A stretch of 64,000 nt of DNA, taken from assembly GCA_003427395.1 (NCBI GenBank), contig BFEA01000024.1:2586421-2650420 (forward strand), read 5' to 3'. The notes below the pieces were generated by a model. It was not told where the DNA came from and did no database searches. It was given only the letters and a program-made list of their open reading frames with translations. Origin of the DNA: Chara braunii. Lineage: Eukaryota; Plantae; Charophyceae. Positions 14,231 through 27,200 of this stretch are shown here, one piece after another (position 1 is the stretch's first letter; each line of letters begins with the position of its first letter). The translations under genes were made by a program, and so were the position numbers.

Positions 14231-17200
14231 GTCAACCATTACGCAAAACAACCCACAATCCTGCCTTTCCCAAAAGCAATTCCTTTTAACAATCTGCTTT
14301 CATACAACCAACAAAGCTTGAAACCGAGTTTGAACTGTCATTCCTTTACTTGGTCTGATTCAGTGTCCTCAAAGTCAAACAAAAGTCAGAGTAAGGCTGC
14401 ACACCATATACTCAGTCAGAGATGCAATGGGAAATACAGGTAGGGGTTATAGTTGGGTTTATAGAGGGAAAGGAATGGTAACCTTTCAATTCCCTGCCTC
14501 CAGAACTCCTCCTGAGTTCCGGCAGAGCTCCCGCAATCGATGGGATGACTCCCCAAAGAGTCTTGTTGCGGTCCTACGGGTTGCAATCCCGCCTGCCGCC
14601 TTCCTCTCAGAACCAGTAGACTAGACTTAGAATAAGAAGGGCAGAAGTAGAGACATTAAGACCCTCAGATACCAGAGAGGTGCGCTCAAACTTTCGCGAG
14701 AGGGCCTTGTGGCGGCCAACCGACAGCTTGGTCAACGAAGCCAATCTGCCAAAGTAGCCCTCTGCTAACCTCCCACATCACAACACTAACCTCCCTTCCC
14801 AGGCTCAGTCACCCCTCTAAGTTCAGCCGCCGCTGCACAGCAGGCTGTAACGATCAGCAATAGTCGGCGGCATTATGCAGTAGTGCGCAACAATCAACAG
14901 CAGGCAGCAGTAGTATGCAGCTGCCAGCAGTCGGCCACAACTCATGCACATCCAACAGAAGCAGCATCTCGTGCACGGTACGTATCAGCAGTTCGTGCGG
15001 CCAGCAGCAGCTAGTAGCAGTTCCAACATCGAGGCTCGAGCATACCGCGCAGTCCGACTAAGTCCGCCGCATCGGTTCACCCAAGTGATTGCCAATAGTA
15101 CTGTTCTCACTGGTTTGAGTGCTAACGGCCCCGCAATGGCAGCCAGAATACGCAGTCGTCGGTCAATTTGCGGTCAGACCGTTGACAAACGGCACCCTGG
15201 CGAAGCGTCAAGTTACAGTGGTAATCCCCCCCACTTCTCTATAACAAGGCTGCAATCATGTGATCCCACCAGCCGCATTCAGCTCGTGAGGCACTCTGTA
15301 AATAAGCTCAGCAACCACCGAAGTGGGCACGTAAAACACTGTCCGCTGAGTCACTGCGCGCAACAACATGGTACTGCGGACAACGACAACGACTATGGCA
15401 GCATCTGCGGGTACAGGGATTCCAGTAACAGGTACTATGCACAGCTTGATCCTTGCTACTCTCAATCAATATGGTGAGGCTTGTTCCAGTCAACTCGGTG
15501 AACCTGCATTCTTGCTCCACTTGACTGTCCTTCCTTCGTCGGATAGGAAGAGCATCGTACCAGCCCACTGGTGAGGCTTCAACTAGTAGTTCACCTGCAG
15601 TCCCTCCGTCCAAGCTGTGCAGTACTCCGACTAGCCAATAAGTCTTCCGGCCCCGTGGCGACGACGTGAGAGCATTGGAGTGGCGCGAGAGGCCGGCGGG
15701 GCTATCCCCCTTGGTTTTGTCATCACTGGCGTTGGGAGAATGCTAGCGGTCTTCTATTTTTTTCTCGATTTTTATTATATCCTGACGATTAAAAATTTCT
15801 AAATAATTTATTATTTAGATGTCATACTAGCTCTATTCTTATGCCCTGTTGAGGCTGGCGTCCCTTGACTCGGACATAACGTTGGGTTTGGAGGCCGTCT
15901 CGGCAGTCGAGGACCTTGAGCGGGCGCCTCCTTTGGGATTCCGCGTGCTCGGGATATCATGATTGACAAAGTTCCTCTCTTTGGTCCTCTTGGGAATACG
16001 AACGTGCATGCGAGTCGGTGGGTGATTAGCCCACAAGGCGGAAAAAACTTGAGTGGCGGGAACTTTTTCCGCAGGAACCCGTTCGTTCCCCGCCGTTCGC
16101 GGTGGAGAGGTTGGGCACAAGTATGCTCGCGGGACTCTGCCCAAGCTCGAACTTCAAAGTTCTCACTTGAATATTTCCTACTACTACCGAGTCTCGCACC
16201 GGACCCGTCCTCACCCAGGTCACGCTTAGGTTTGCAACTGGCCCGCATCTGCGACCTTGCGGGGTGTCGAGAGAAACTAAGGTGGGCCCTATCTGTTGCA
16301 AGGCCGAAGAGGTGGCAGACCCTGCCTTAAGGAAGAGGGCGGAGGAGGCTGTGGCAAGGCAGCAGCAGCGCTGCCGTGCCGACAAGTTGTTGGGTCTTGG
16401 GTGTAGGGGCGAAAGACTAATCGAACCGTCTAGTAGATGGTCCTCTTCGAAGTTTCCTCCAGGGTAGCTCGGGCTGTTGAGCAACGCCACCACATAGCGG
16501 TGGGACCGAGCGCTGCGACGCCAGGGACTGAATGGTTCGGCAGGTGAGTTGTTATACACTCCCTGCGGCTTTCGTGAATGCCTCGATAGGCAGTATCGGT
16601 GCGCACAAGTGAAGGTGTCAGTATTGGAGCGCAGCTTTGCGCCAGGGAGTAGAACACAGAGGGCCAAGCGAACCTAGGCGCAAAGCGGCGCCGGATACGT
16701 GTAAACCGAATGAAGAAAGCAGAACTGGGCAACGGGAGGGCAGACAGCGCATGGCGATTGCCAAAGTGGCTGAGTAGCCGTAGAGTCGGGGAGTGAGGCA
16801 AGGAAAGGTGGTGCAGACGGATAGTGAGGCAAGAAGGCGGATGGATCTGGCTCGTTTTCAAGCCAAATGTGGTCGAAACTGGAGATGGCGGGAAGGTAGG
16901 TGGGGCGCAACAAAAATAGCTTAACTCGCTCGATCCTTGTCGGAATCGAGCGGGAGAAGAGGCGATTCTGAAGATTGGGGGTAGGGAGAGCTCATTTGTA
17001 GGATTAGATTTAGTGGAAGGTTAGTAGGAAGAGAGATAGAGAAGAGAAGGTGTGCGCGGAGTTGTTGGTGATGGCGGGTATGGAGGAAAAGGGAAATCGA
17101 GGACACTACTCCAGCCTCGGCAAAAACGGGCAAGGAGAAGGTGTAGGTAGGGGTTTTCGGGGTCGGCGACCCCGAATCTCGCGTTAGTTTAGTCTGGAAG

Positions 17201-19000
17201 TGAGTAGGTAGAGGTTAGTAAGAAGGGTAGACTGCGCTCAGCCATGGCGAACAGGGAGGAAGAAGAGGAGAGGAGTGTATAACCCGCATTTTTGGACGGA
17301 ATCGGCAGGAGGAGGACCTGAATCAGGGGTTCTCGGGGTGGGCGACCCCGGATCCGAAGTTGGATTTGGAAGACAGTTAGTAGATGAAGAGGTGAGTAGA
17401 AAAGGTGGGGCGCCGAGCTATGGCGGGAGGGATGATAGCGGGAGTGAAAGTTTTGAATCCCGCTCGATTCTCGATGGATTCGAGCGGGATAAAATGCGAA
17501 ACTGGGGTTTGGAAATGAGGCGAATCGAATGGTAGTGTTAGATTTAGAGTTTAGTAGTTAGTTTTTGAGATTGTAAGTAAAGAAGCTGCGCCCGGGAGGA
17601 TGTTGTGAAAAACAACAATGAACCTACCCGATTTTAGCGAAGAAATCCATCCCCTTTTGTTTCTTTTTTTCTTTTCCTCTTTTCTTTTTGCCTTACTCAC
17701 CTAGAGGTGATGCTTATCCCCTGTGCCTTACCTTATCTCGATCATGAAGAAGGTTTCCTTCCCGTCGTTGCAATCTGAGAACTTTTTCTCCTCGCCGTTT
17801 AGCCCCCCTCACTTTGACTGAATCAAGTCGAGCAAGTGGCCAAATACACTCGCATACTGGGCGCTACGGCAGAGAGGAGGGGCAGCGGAGCAGAGGGAGA
17901 GGCAGGCAACGAGAGAAGGCGGGAGGTTGTGCGATTTACCTTAGGCCGCATACGGAGAGAGGGGGAGGCTTGAAAATTCCAAAAGATACTAATGTACCTT
18001 TCCGCGTTCTAGCGGAAGATTCATTCTCATTTTGCACAGTTCGTGGGTGGTCGACCGGACGCATAGAGCTGAAGGAACGGAGGTGTATCCGTCGGGGATC
18101 TGGCGGGAGATTCAAGCGGCTTCATTCATGTGATTGTTGAAAAGAGGGAGGGGGAGTACTCACCGGGAAATCGGGGACACGAAGCGAACGAAAGGGGTGA
18201 GCTATGGTGCCGGGGCTACGGGACGGGGTAAGCTTGGCCATATATCGACCCATACGCCATTGACAGATCCGTTTCAAGCTGAGTGTCGGACAACGGCAGA
18301 TACGGAGTTGAACTCAGTGGCCAACTCCGGGTGGCGGGAGTACCCAAGTAGCACCCACGAGATCTTGGGCTCAGTTCGCGTCCATCCTACATACAGAAGC
18401 GAGACTGCTGTAGGCCAACCACAGGGGTCTATCTGTTGACCAGCGTGCCGCTACGACTCATTAGCTATAGCACCCTCGATCCCTGAACCTCCTTGACGAA
18501 AATCCGATACTGTAACCAATAGCGCTAGGCCCAAGGCTGGGTTTGGCTCTGACGAAAGCCCAAACAGGGGGACACCGCACGACGCGCCAGTCTATCGAAA
18601 CATTCTAACCCCGCACATTGGCCTATCAACCGTACTGTCGCCCGCCAGCCTCTGCGCCCACCGTGCGACTTATGCCGAATCATGCCGCCGTCGTTCGTCC
18701 TCTATATGCATGCGCAGGTCACAGGTAAACGCACCAATCAAAGAGCAAAACCTTTTTAATCCTAGTTCAATCAGGGATAAATCCGGTCGGCGATCACGCT
18801 GGCTCTTCAATCATCAACAAAATAAAAGGATCACGCGCGCTTCAAATCCGCGTGCCCACACACTCTTTATTCTAGTCAACCATCAGCCACATAAACAACA
18901 GACACTGCCGCGACTCGCGCGGTATACTCAAACCTTAAACTTATTTTTGTCACTTGCAAAAACCAAGGGGGATACCCTTGTAAGGGTATTCGCGCCAACA
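13987..19000. repeat. Copy 2 of the giant direct repeat, with internal 2.8-kb inversion; ends ...GCGCCAACA against a truncated LINE RT
   Basis: Colinear with 1-5071 except for the inverted block. The true left boundary lies somewhere left of 13987 and cannot be fixed because copy 1 is clipped by the window. Confidence 0.93.
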
Positions 19001-20811
19001 ACGTTTTCAAAAATGGAGCGACCTTTCACGAGTGCCCCTTGCTCCCATCCAACCAGGTTTGGGAGGAAGTCGGCTAAGTGCAGTGCTAGGGCTTTGGCCA
19101 GAATTTTATAGGTTACGTTTAGGACCGATATTTGTCTGTAGTTTCTGGCCTCCTTTTTGTCGCTTATTTTGTACACCAAGAAGATCACCCCTTTTACTAC
19201 CCCCTCCGGCAGTGTCCTCGTGGAGAGCGCATTGTTGTAAATATCACATAGGAATGGCGCAAAAGCCCCCCAAGTTCCCAGGAAAAAATCCACCGGCAAT
19301 CCATCCAGTCCTGAGCATTTGCCCAAGGCCATCTGTTTTACTGCCTTGTGGAGTTCTCCCACTGTCATTGGGGCGTCCAACTGATTTTTGATAGTATCAT
19401 ATATTTTTACTCGCGATCTGTCCCAGAAGTTTGAGACTTCTGAGAGGTTTGAATCAAAACAATCAAAGGAGCGCCTAGTGGTTACTATGTCCCTGAAGTA
19501 TTCCAGGGCATAGTGGCACAGTTCTACCGTGTTTGTTGCCACCCGGGCATTTGGGGAGAACGGGTGTGTTAATTCTCTAACTAGGGGTTTGGTTTGGCGT
19601 AGGATGAGGGATCTAGACGTTAATTTGGTCATCCTATCATATCCTATAATCCCCCTCAGTTTTAGCCATTCTAGCCTCTTAGCCTGTTTTTGGACTTCCA
19701 TCTCCTTCAATTGTGTTAGTGCAGTTCCTTTTTTTTTTGTGCAATAGTAGTCAGTGAAGGGGTAAGATCCCATTTGTGAATATGGTTCTTCTACCAAATT
19801 CAATAATTTTCTTTCCTTCCAATTTCTATGAGCCGCTTTCATCCTAGAGAATTCCATCAGTGCCATTCTGATGATATTGATTCCCACATCGGCTCATGTT
19901 CTCTCTTCCTCAAATAGATCCTTGGCTTGGAGCCACCCTTTATTTGGGTATCAATCCACTGAGATATCCCCTTGTCCTTCAGATCGTTCGTGTTTAGTAT
20001 GAAAGGGGGTCTTTCTTTGGATATTAAGTCGTTTGAGATTACATCGATAAAGACTGGGTAGTGATTAGAGAGATCTGCCACCCTGAGTTATGAAGATATA
20101 CATCTATCCCAGGGTGTCCCAATTGTCAGAATAAAATTTAATATCCTTCGTGGTGCTGATGCCCGGGCAAATGGTTTTGGCCCTTGCCAAGTGAAGCTAT
20201 GTTTCTCCGGACTAAAGGATCTGAATGTATCCACAAGGCCCTGAAAGTCCATGAAGGTCGATAGCAGTGTGGAGTCTGTTCTTAGCGGAAAGCACTCTGG
20301 GGAATCCGAACCTGGGTTCATCGTTGAATTTCAGTCACCTAATATTACTAAGTTTTTTGTATCAGGGATGAACCAAGGAAGGGAGGCGAGGAAGTTTGTT
20401 CAATCGATGAAGTCTGTCGAGGCGTAGACCGAGACTATCGCCCAGTCCTCATCGTCTATTGTCAGCTTTACCCAGACCAATCTGCCTCCCGGGTCGATGT
20501 ACAAGTCTATAATTTTACAGTCTAAATCTTTGTGTAGGAGGATGGTTGTTCCTCCCATCTGCAGGGGCCCAAAATTACGGGCCCTCCCACCATCCTACTG
20601 CCCTTTGTACTTTCCTAAAATTAAGTTTCGTCTTTTGAAGGCACAAGATCTGAACTGATACCATATGTACCCAAGAGTGGAGGCGTTGTCTTTTGAATCG
20701 GTTGTTTGTATCTTCAAGACCTTTTATATTCCAGCTTGCTATCCGTATTTTATTGGGTAAGACCATTGTTTTTGTCATTACCGCTAGTCTGTTGGATACG
20801 GTTTTGTTCAA
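19001..20811 (-). pseudogene. LINE A ORF2 remnant (APE endonuclease plus partial reverse transcriptase)
   Basis: Fragments 20575..20811, 20088..20321, 19857..20081 and 18928..19887, with stops and frameshifts between them. Confidence 0.9.
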
Positions 20812-23600
20812 TTGTTGTTGTTAGGGTATTTTCGGTTAGGGTATCTGTAATCAGCTCCCGGATCTCAGGCGGGTAGCCAGTTGCATTGATTAGCGACCAA
20901 AACTTCCTGATTGTCAGCCCTTACCCCATCTTCAAGTTTGATAGAGCTTCTGGATTGGGGGAGGTGAAGTCCTGGAATGGGTACCACTGGCCATTTTTCA
21001 TGCCCCATGGCTCGAAAACGGTGTGACCCTCGAAAGACTCAGGATTACAATGTGTAGCAGGGCTTTCCCCTGCCCAGGCAGGTAAACCACGTGTCTCCCC
21101 CGTTTGGGGATAGGTATTATTACGCAAGAACCGGCACCGTTAAGTACCTGTTTTTCCGTAATGTTGATAGCTTTGTTATCTGATGGTGCAACCAACACTG
21201 CTATGGATGGTATCCTTAGTTGTGCCTCCTCCGTTTTGAGTATGAAGACTAGCAGTCCCTGTTCGGAATCTGTCATAATCAGGGGGATCAAAAAATCTTT
21301 GACCTGATTTTTTTTGTTTATCTGCTCTGTCCAAGGAAGCCATGGGGGTTACAAGGAGGAGGGATTTATCTGTTGAGCATCCCGACTACGCTCTTTTTTT
21401 TAAAGAGAGTTGTTCAGCGGGGGATCCGGTCATCAGTTCTTCTTCCCGATGTCTTTCCATGGTTGGGACTGCTTTGCTCTCATTTGAACGTGCTTTTTTA
21501 CACGGTTCAGACATATCTTTGTCCTTGTCAAAATTAATCGCTCCTTCCTCGAATAAGCCAGGGATTGTGAAGTCTATCTCATCTTCTAATAGCTTGCCTT
21601 CCCCCCTTTGAGGGTCCGTTTCTAGGGGTCTGCTATTGAACGGTTCTGAGCAGTCCTTCCTCTTTAACAAGGGGGAGGGGTCGTTGTCTACTGATTTTCC
21701 CGCCTCTGAGGGTGTTGGTGTTCCCTTGAGGACCGTCCTTGTCTTAGGCGGGCTGGTCGGGTTCGGGTGCATTGTATCTCATGAGGATGCCTGACTCGCT
21801 TTCCTTTTTTTCTTGTTTTTTCCGCTGCTTGCTTCACAGAAGATAAAAGGCGCGACTGATTTCAATTATGAAATTTTATCTTTCTCCAGGGCAGTTTGTG
21901 CCTTGTCTGGTGGGGGGGATGCCCCATCCTATTTCTATTCTTGTGGCCCCGTTTTTTGGGTCTTATTGTCTTCGTTTCTTGACAGGGTGGCCTCCTCCAT
22001 CAGTGTGTCTTTCTCATCATCATTTCCTTTCTTTGTATTTCGGGGCTCATCTTCTTTGTCCTCCTCCCTTCCCTTTCCCCTTACCTCGACTCTCCTTTCC
22101 GCCTTCTCCTTGTCCCCTCTCTTTTTCCTTTCTTCTTTCCTCCTTTCCTCCTCCCTCTCTTCCTCCTCCCTCTTTTCCTCCTCCTTCTCTTCCTCCTTTT
22201 TTTCTTTGTCCCTTTTGACCGTTGTAGTAAAGGGGTTGGGTATGGGTGCGGACTTTCCCCGAGTAGTCCCTTGAGTTCCTTGCTTCCCCCGTCCCTTACT
22301 TCCCTCTTCCGTCCCCTTCTTCTTCTTATTTCGGACTACTTCCACCCAACTCCACCCCTTTTCCCTTTTTAATCCGTCCTTCCTTATCCCCTCCTGTTCT
22401 GACGTTTTCTCCTTCCCTCCTTCTTCCTTTTTCTCCTTATCCGCCTTCTCTTTGCTTTTTCCATTCTTTTCGCCTCCCTTAGCCCCTGGTTTGCATTTTT
22501 GTTTGGTCGGGCAGTCGTCGTCCGTTTCCTTATGGAAGTGACGACGGCATACAGGGCACTACGATGTCTCTGCGCAAATAACTTCAATTGTGAGCTCCCC
22601 GAATTTTCTCAGGTTGATCTTCAAGTACTTTTTGTACCTCAGTTTTGTCGCTGGGGCTAAATCAACTCGCACATTTCAGAGGTCCGGTTCCAAGGGCTTC
22701 TTGTATGTCGGGTAGTCTTTTACGACTGGACCGAAAGCATCTTCCATCGCTCCCTTTAGGAGGCCCAGAATGGCTACTTGGACCTCCGTACACCGGATCC
22801 AGAAGTACTTCTGACGCATCGCGTCTTTCCAAGCTTCAAACTGATGTAAATTCATTCAAGGTTTGAAAGTCAACTCATGCGTTTGACCATCTAGCTCATA
22901 CTTTCCCCCCCCTTTCCTTATCATCCAATCTGTGATCTGTTTAGCGGAGGCTACGTACATAGCCAGATTTCGTCCCTCATTACAGAAAGTTCCTCTCATC
23001 GGAAAAGCGTCTGGGGCTCCAGCAGTTGTCCATGCATTTTCATACATACGGACTATTCTGTTTTTTACCTCCACACTGAGATTGGAGGCTTTACTGTTAA
23101 AAAGGATTAAGACAGCGTGATCCATTAACCAGTCAGTTTGGATGCTAAACGTTTCCTCGTCAATCGTGACGCTCACAAAATCTTCCCCTGTTTCCACCTA
23201 TCCGGGAGTAATCCGACTGGGGAGGGTACCCTCATGAAAGCATTTGGAAAGCAAGGCCCTTATTCGTTGCTTCCCGTCTTCCGTCCGTAGCTTGATGGGG
23301 GTGTCGTGGCTCGATGAGGGGAAGTTTGGCTGCACCATTTTGAATAAAAGGAGTAAAAGGAAGACCACTACTAACAGAAAAAGATTCGCTACTACTCAGA
23401 AGACTCGTAGCCACTTCGCATCTATTGTTAATCTAGAGCTTGTTATCTGGTGCATCGCATAACTTAAGCAATCTTGATCATCGGTGAGGAATATGAGAAT
23501 ACCTTCCACCAGGCATCGGGTCGTTCGTTCGTTCATGGTGTTCTGTGGAGGTTGATGTCCTCTCGAGGAGGTCTTCGTTAAGTTCTTTGTTATCGTCGTC
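19001..23600 (-). mobile_element. LINE A (L1/Tx1-like non-LTR retrotransposon), degraded, 3' part missing
   Basis: ORF1 remnant at 22856-23197 with a CPVCRRHFH...C zinc knuckle near 22510-22560. AP-endonuclease motifs IASWNIKGL, LCLQKT, ILGDxN and LSNHYPV at 20050-20811. RT N-terminal motifs KCSGLDGLP, NYRQISVLNVTYKILAK and KGRSIFEN, cut off at about 19001. Confidence 0.92.
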
Positions 23601-23962
23601 TCAACTCTTTTGTCTTCTTCGTTCTCTTAGTTTTGGCCTGCCAACCGGGCCCGGGCCTACACGGCTCGGACTCTAAGCTTTCATCCCCTACCCGAAGATT
23701 AACTGCTTCCACCTTAACCCATCATACGCCCCGCCCGGGCTGATATCTCAGACCTCGTTTGTACCATAGTTCCTTACCTACCATGGGAAGGAGCTATGGT
23801 GAGAAAGGGGGTCTCTCACACCTGTACAATATTTGGTTGGGGCCAATAGGAAGGGTGGGTGGGGTCTTCAGAGGGGTTCATCTGGACAATCGAGTGGTCG
23901 AGTACTGTGGGTGACTGCCATCCGTTTAGTATCCCACCTTTACAACAACCTGGGCTTTCTAA

Positions 23963-23967
<5 letters not shown>

Positions 23968-24048
<81 letters not shown>
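23968..24048 (+). repeat. Poly(A) tract of about 81 nt between LINE A and LINE B
   Basis: Uninterrupted A run preceded by TTTT. Confidence 0.95.
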
Positions 24049-24052
<4 letters not shown>

Positions 24053-24217
24053 CCGAGGAACTAATCCGGAGAGGCGTTAATTAGAACCCTAATCCACCAT
24101 TAGCGCTAGGCGTCGCTCCGTGTCGAACGGAATAACGCATGAATTAGCGCTCCTGGACCTGGTTCCGCACACATCTCCAGGTTTGTATTTCAACAGCTCA
24201 TGGGTGTACCCACTGAG

Positions 24218-27200
24218 CTAGGATCTTGGGTGCTCGCTGCAATTTTCATTGCATGTGGGTGAGTAAGACCAAAAACGTTCCCATGTTCTCAAGAACCACC
24301 ACAACTGTTTCCTTGGGCCCTTCCCTCCTTTGGCCTTTCTCCTCCAGTCTGCCCAGATGACCCTCTGCAACCCTCTTTTTATCGCAACTTTGATTTTCAC
24401 ATCTGAGAAAGGTTTGTTCTCAAATCTTGATCGATTACGATCGTCCCAGATTACCGAGCATATAACAACTCTTGCCACCTGGGCCACGTAAGCCCAACCT
24501 TTCTTCCCAGTTTGTTCCTCCCCTACAAAGCCCAGAAGTACCCACATTTCATCTACCTTCACTTCTCCTCTTTTCATCCTATTCCAATGGTCTTCCCATC
24601 ACCGCCACACTCTCATGGACAGGTGCTTCATCGATTCAAATGGCCAAGTACAGCGAGTGCATTTTATTGAAACCTCCATTCCTCTGCTGCACAGCCACAC
24701 CGCAGACGGGGTGACTAGCAGGGATAGCATCCAAAGAATGTTAGCCTGTTTCAAGTCTGGAATCTCCTTTAGATTCTTCCATAGCTCCAAGAACTCCTTT
24801 TCCTTCCCACGCAGGTCTGTCATCATGACAACACTCCATTTGGCCACCGCTACTCCTGCAGGGCTTCTGGGCTTCTTTTCCGCCAGCCGATAGGACTCTT
24901 TCACCGTCAGACTTGTCAAGTTCATTCCTTGCGGATTGGTCCTCGAGACTCTGTCCCCTCGCCAGCGCCATGCACTCGGGTCGATTGTCAGGTCCTTCAA
25001 CAGTATTTTCCCAATCCAGGTCGTGGAGGTCAGTCTCTCCCTTTTGTTGAACGACTGGACCACTCGAACTTGGGGGGGGGGTTGCCCACTGCATAATCGT
25101 CTCCTCCCCAACTAAGGCTAGTTTTGTAGAATGTTCCTCTGCTACCCATTTCTGCACTTGTCTAAAGCCTCTCTCTGTAAGTTGTTGCACCCTCCACACG
25201 ACCCCCTCCCCTTCTTCCTGGCCCAGGGCGTACCATGTTCCCACTAGGTCCGAACCCTCTGGGTCCAATAATCTCTTTCAATGCATCGGTATTGCCTGCA
25301 GCAGTGCCTCACGGTGTTCCTCCGAGTGACGAAGGCCTTGTAGCTTCGGATACAGGTCCCTAAAGGGTATCCAATCACTTCGTGTTGTTGACCATAAGTC
25401 TGCGATTCTTGACACCTGCCTCCTGATCCAGCTTCTACTGAATTTGGCTGTTTCTGATCCTGCAGAGAAGGGGTGACCCTCTTCATTCTTTATGAAGGGG
25501 TTTTCGAAGAGACTCTGCGGAAGGACTTATTCCTTCCTGGCTGGTGGAACTCTTTCCTCTGGAGGCTGTTTAAGCCATGCACGCCTCACAACGTTCCAGA
25601 ATTCGGAGGATAGCTTTTTTCGTAAGAAGGATTGAACGAAGAAACAGAGCCACATATCTTCTAGCTTGCTAAGTTGCCAGTCCTTCATCAGCAGCTTTTC
25701 TGCCAGCAGAATCTAGTCTTCCTTCGTATCTGACATGGCTACCTTTTGAATCCATTGCCTCAGTTGTGCTTGATTTTTCTGTTGCAGGTCAACCAGGCTC
25801 AATCCTCCCTGGTCCTTTGGGAAGGTTACCATTTCCCAGGCAACTTTGACAATGAACCCATCATCTGCCTGTGCCTTTGGTTTCCACAAAAAGCGCATCG
25901 CCATTCTCTTGATTTCCGCCACCAGCGATGCTGCTAGTTCTCTCACTGTACCTACGAACCATATGAGGGAGGACAGCGCGACGTTAATGACCAGCGCCCT
26001 TCCATATAGAGACAAGTGTCACGCTGACCCCCACAGGCCTAGTTTTGCAGCAACTCTCTGCTGCAGGATGTGGCCTTGAACTAGTCCCATAAGCTTAGTG
26101 CTTACCATTACACCAAGAAATCGTTCTCCTGTCTCTGGGTCGACGCGCTTCATCCCCCATTCCACCTGCAGCGCATAGCCCTCTGGTACTAGGAAGGTTG
26201 ACTTACCCCAGTTCACCTGGGCTTTTGATAATAGCGAGTAGTGTAGCAGAACTGCCTTCAGCGCTCCCAAAGAATCTGTTGTGTTGGCGGAGATCAGGAA
26301 CAGATCGTCTGCCAGGGCCTTAGCCCGGCATTCCCGGTCTCCGGATATTGGCAGCCCCCTTATCCGTGGGTGTCTCCGAATGCAGTTGAGGGGAACTTCT
26401 AATTAGAGAACAAACAATAGAGGGGCTAGCGGACACCTTTGGCGCAGTGACCTGGAGAGTTGGAACTGCTTCGACAGATGGCCATTGACTTGTACCGCAG
26501 AGGTCGCCACTGTGTACATTGCCACGACCCGTTTGCAGAAGCCTACGCCGAACCCCATCTTCCTCAGGGTCGTGAGGACAAAGGACCAACCTACTCTGTC
26601 GTAGGCCTTCTCCATGTCTAGAGGCATCATTGTCAGGTTCAGGTTCTCAGCTTGGATGACCTCAATACTTCCGATTGTTGTGAGGATGTTGACGAAAATG
26701 GAACGTCCCTGCACAAACGCCCCCTCGTCCTTCTCTACTAGTTTCGAGAGTATTCTCCCTAATCTCGGCGCCAAAGTCTTTGCTAGTAACTTATAGATGA
26801 CGTTGAGCACAGAGATAGGTAGTTCCTTATGTTCGCCTTATCACCCTTCTTGAACATAACTGAGATCACCCCATAAGTCATCAACTCTCCCAGTTTACCT
26901 TCAAGTAGTACCTTATTGTAGACTTCCACTAGAGCTGGTCGCAACGCCTCCCAACAAGTTATGTAGAACCCCACTATTAGACCATCTTTCCCCGGGCATT
27001 TTCCTGGGGCCATCACTTTCAAGGTCTGTTTCAGTTCCTCCACTATCACTGGTCTGTCTAGAGTCAGTCTGTCTGCCTCTCCCAGCCTCACCATAGTGTC
27101 CTCCCACATATATCGCTCTAGCGACAGATCTGTGTCGCTTGTAGCATGAATCCGCCTTGCCGTCAAGATGCCCGAGTAGTACAACTTAGCGTACTCTAGC

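Noticed and set aside
23833-24084. Poly-lysine ORF
   Set aside because: Translation of the poly(A) tract.
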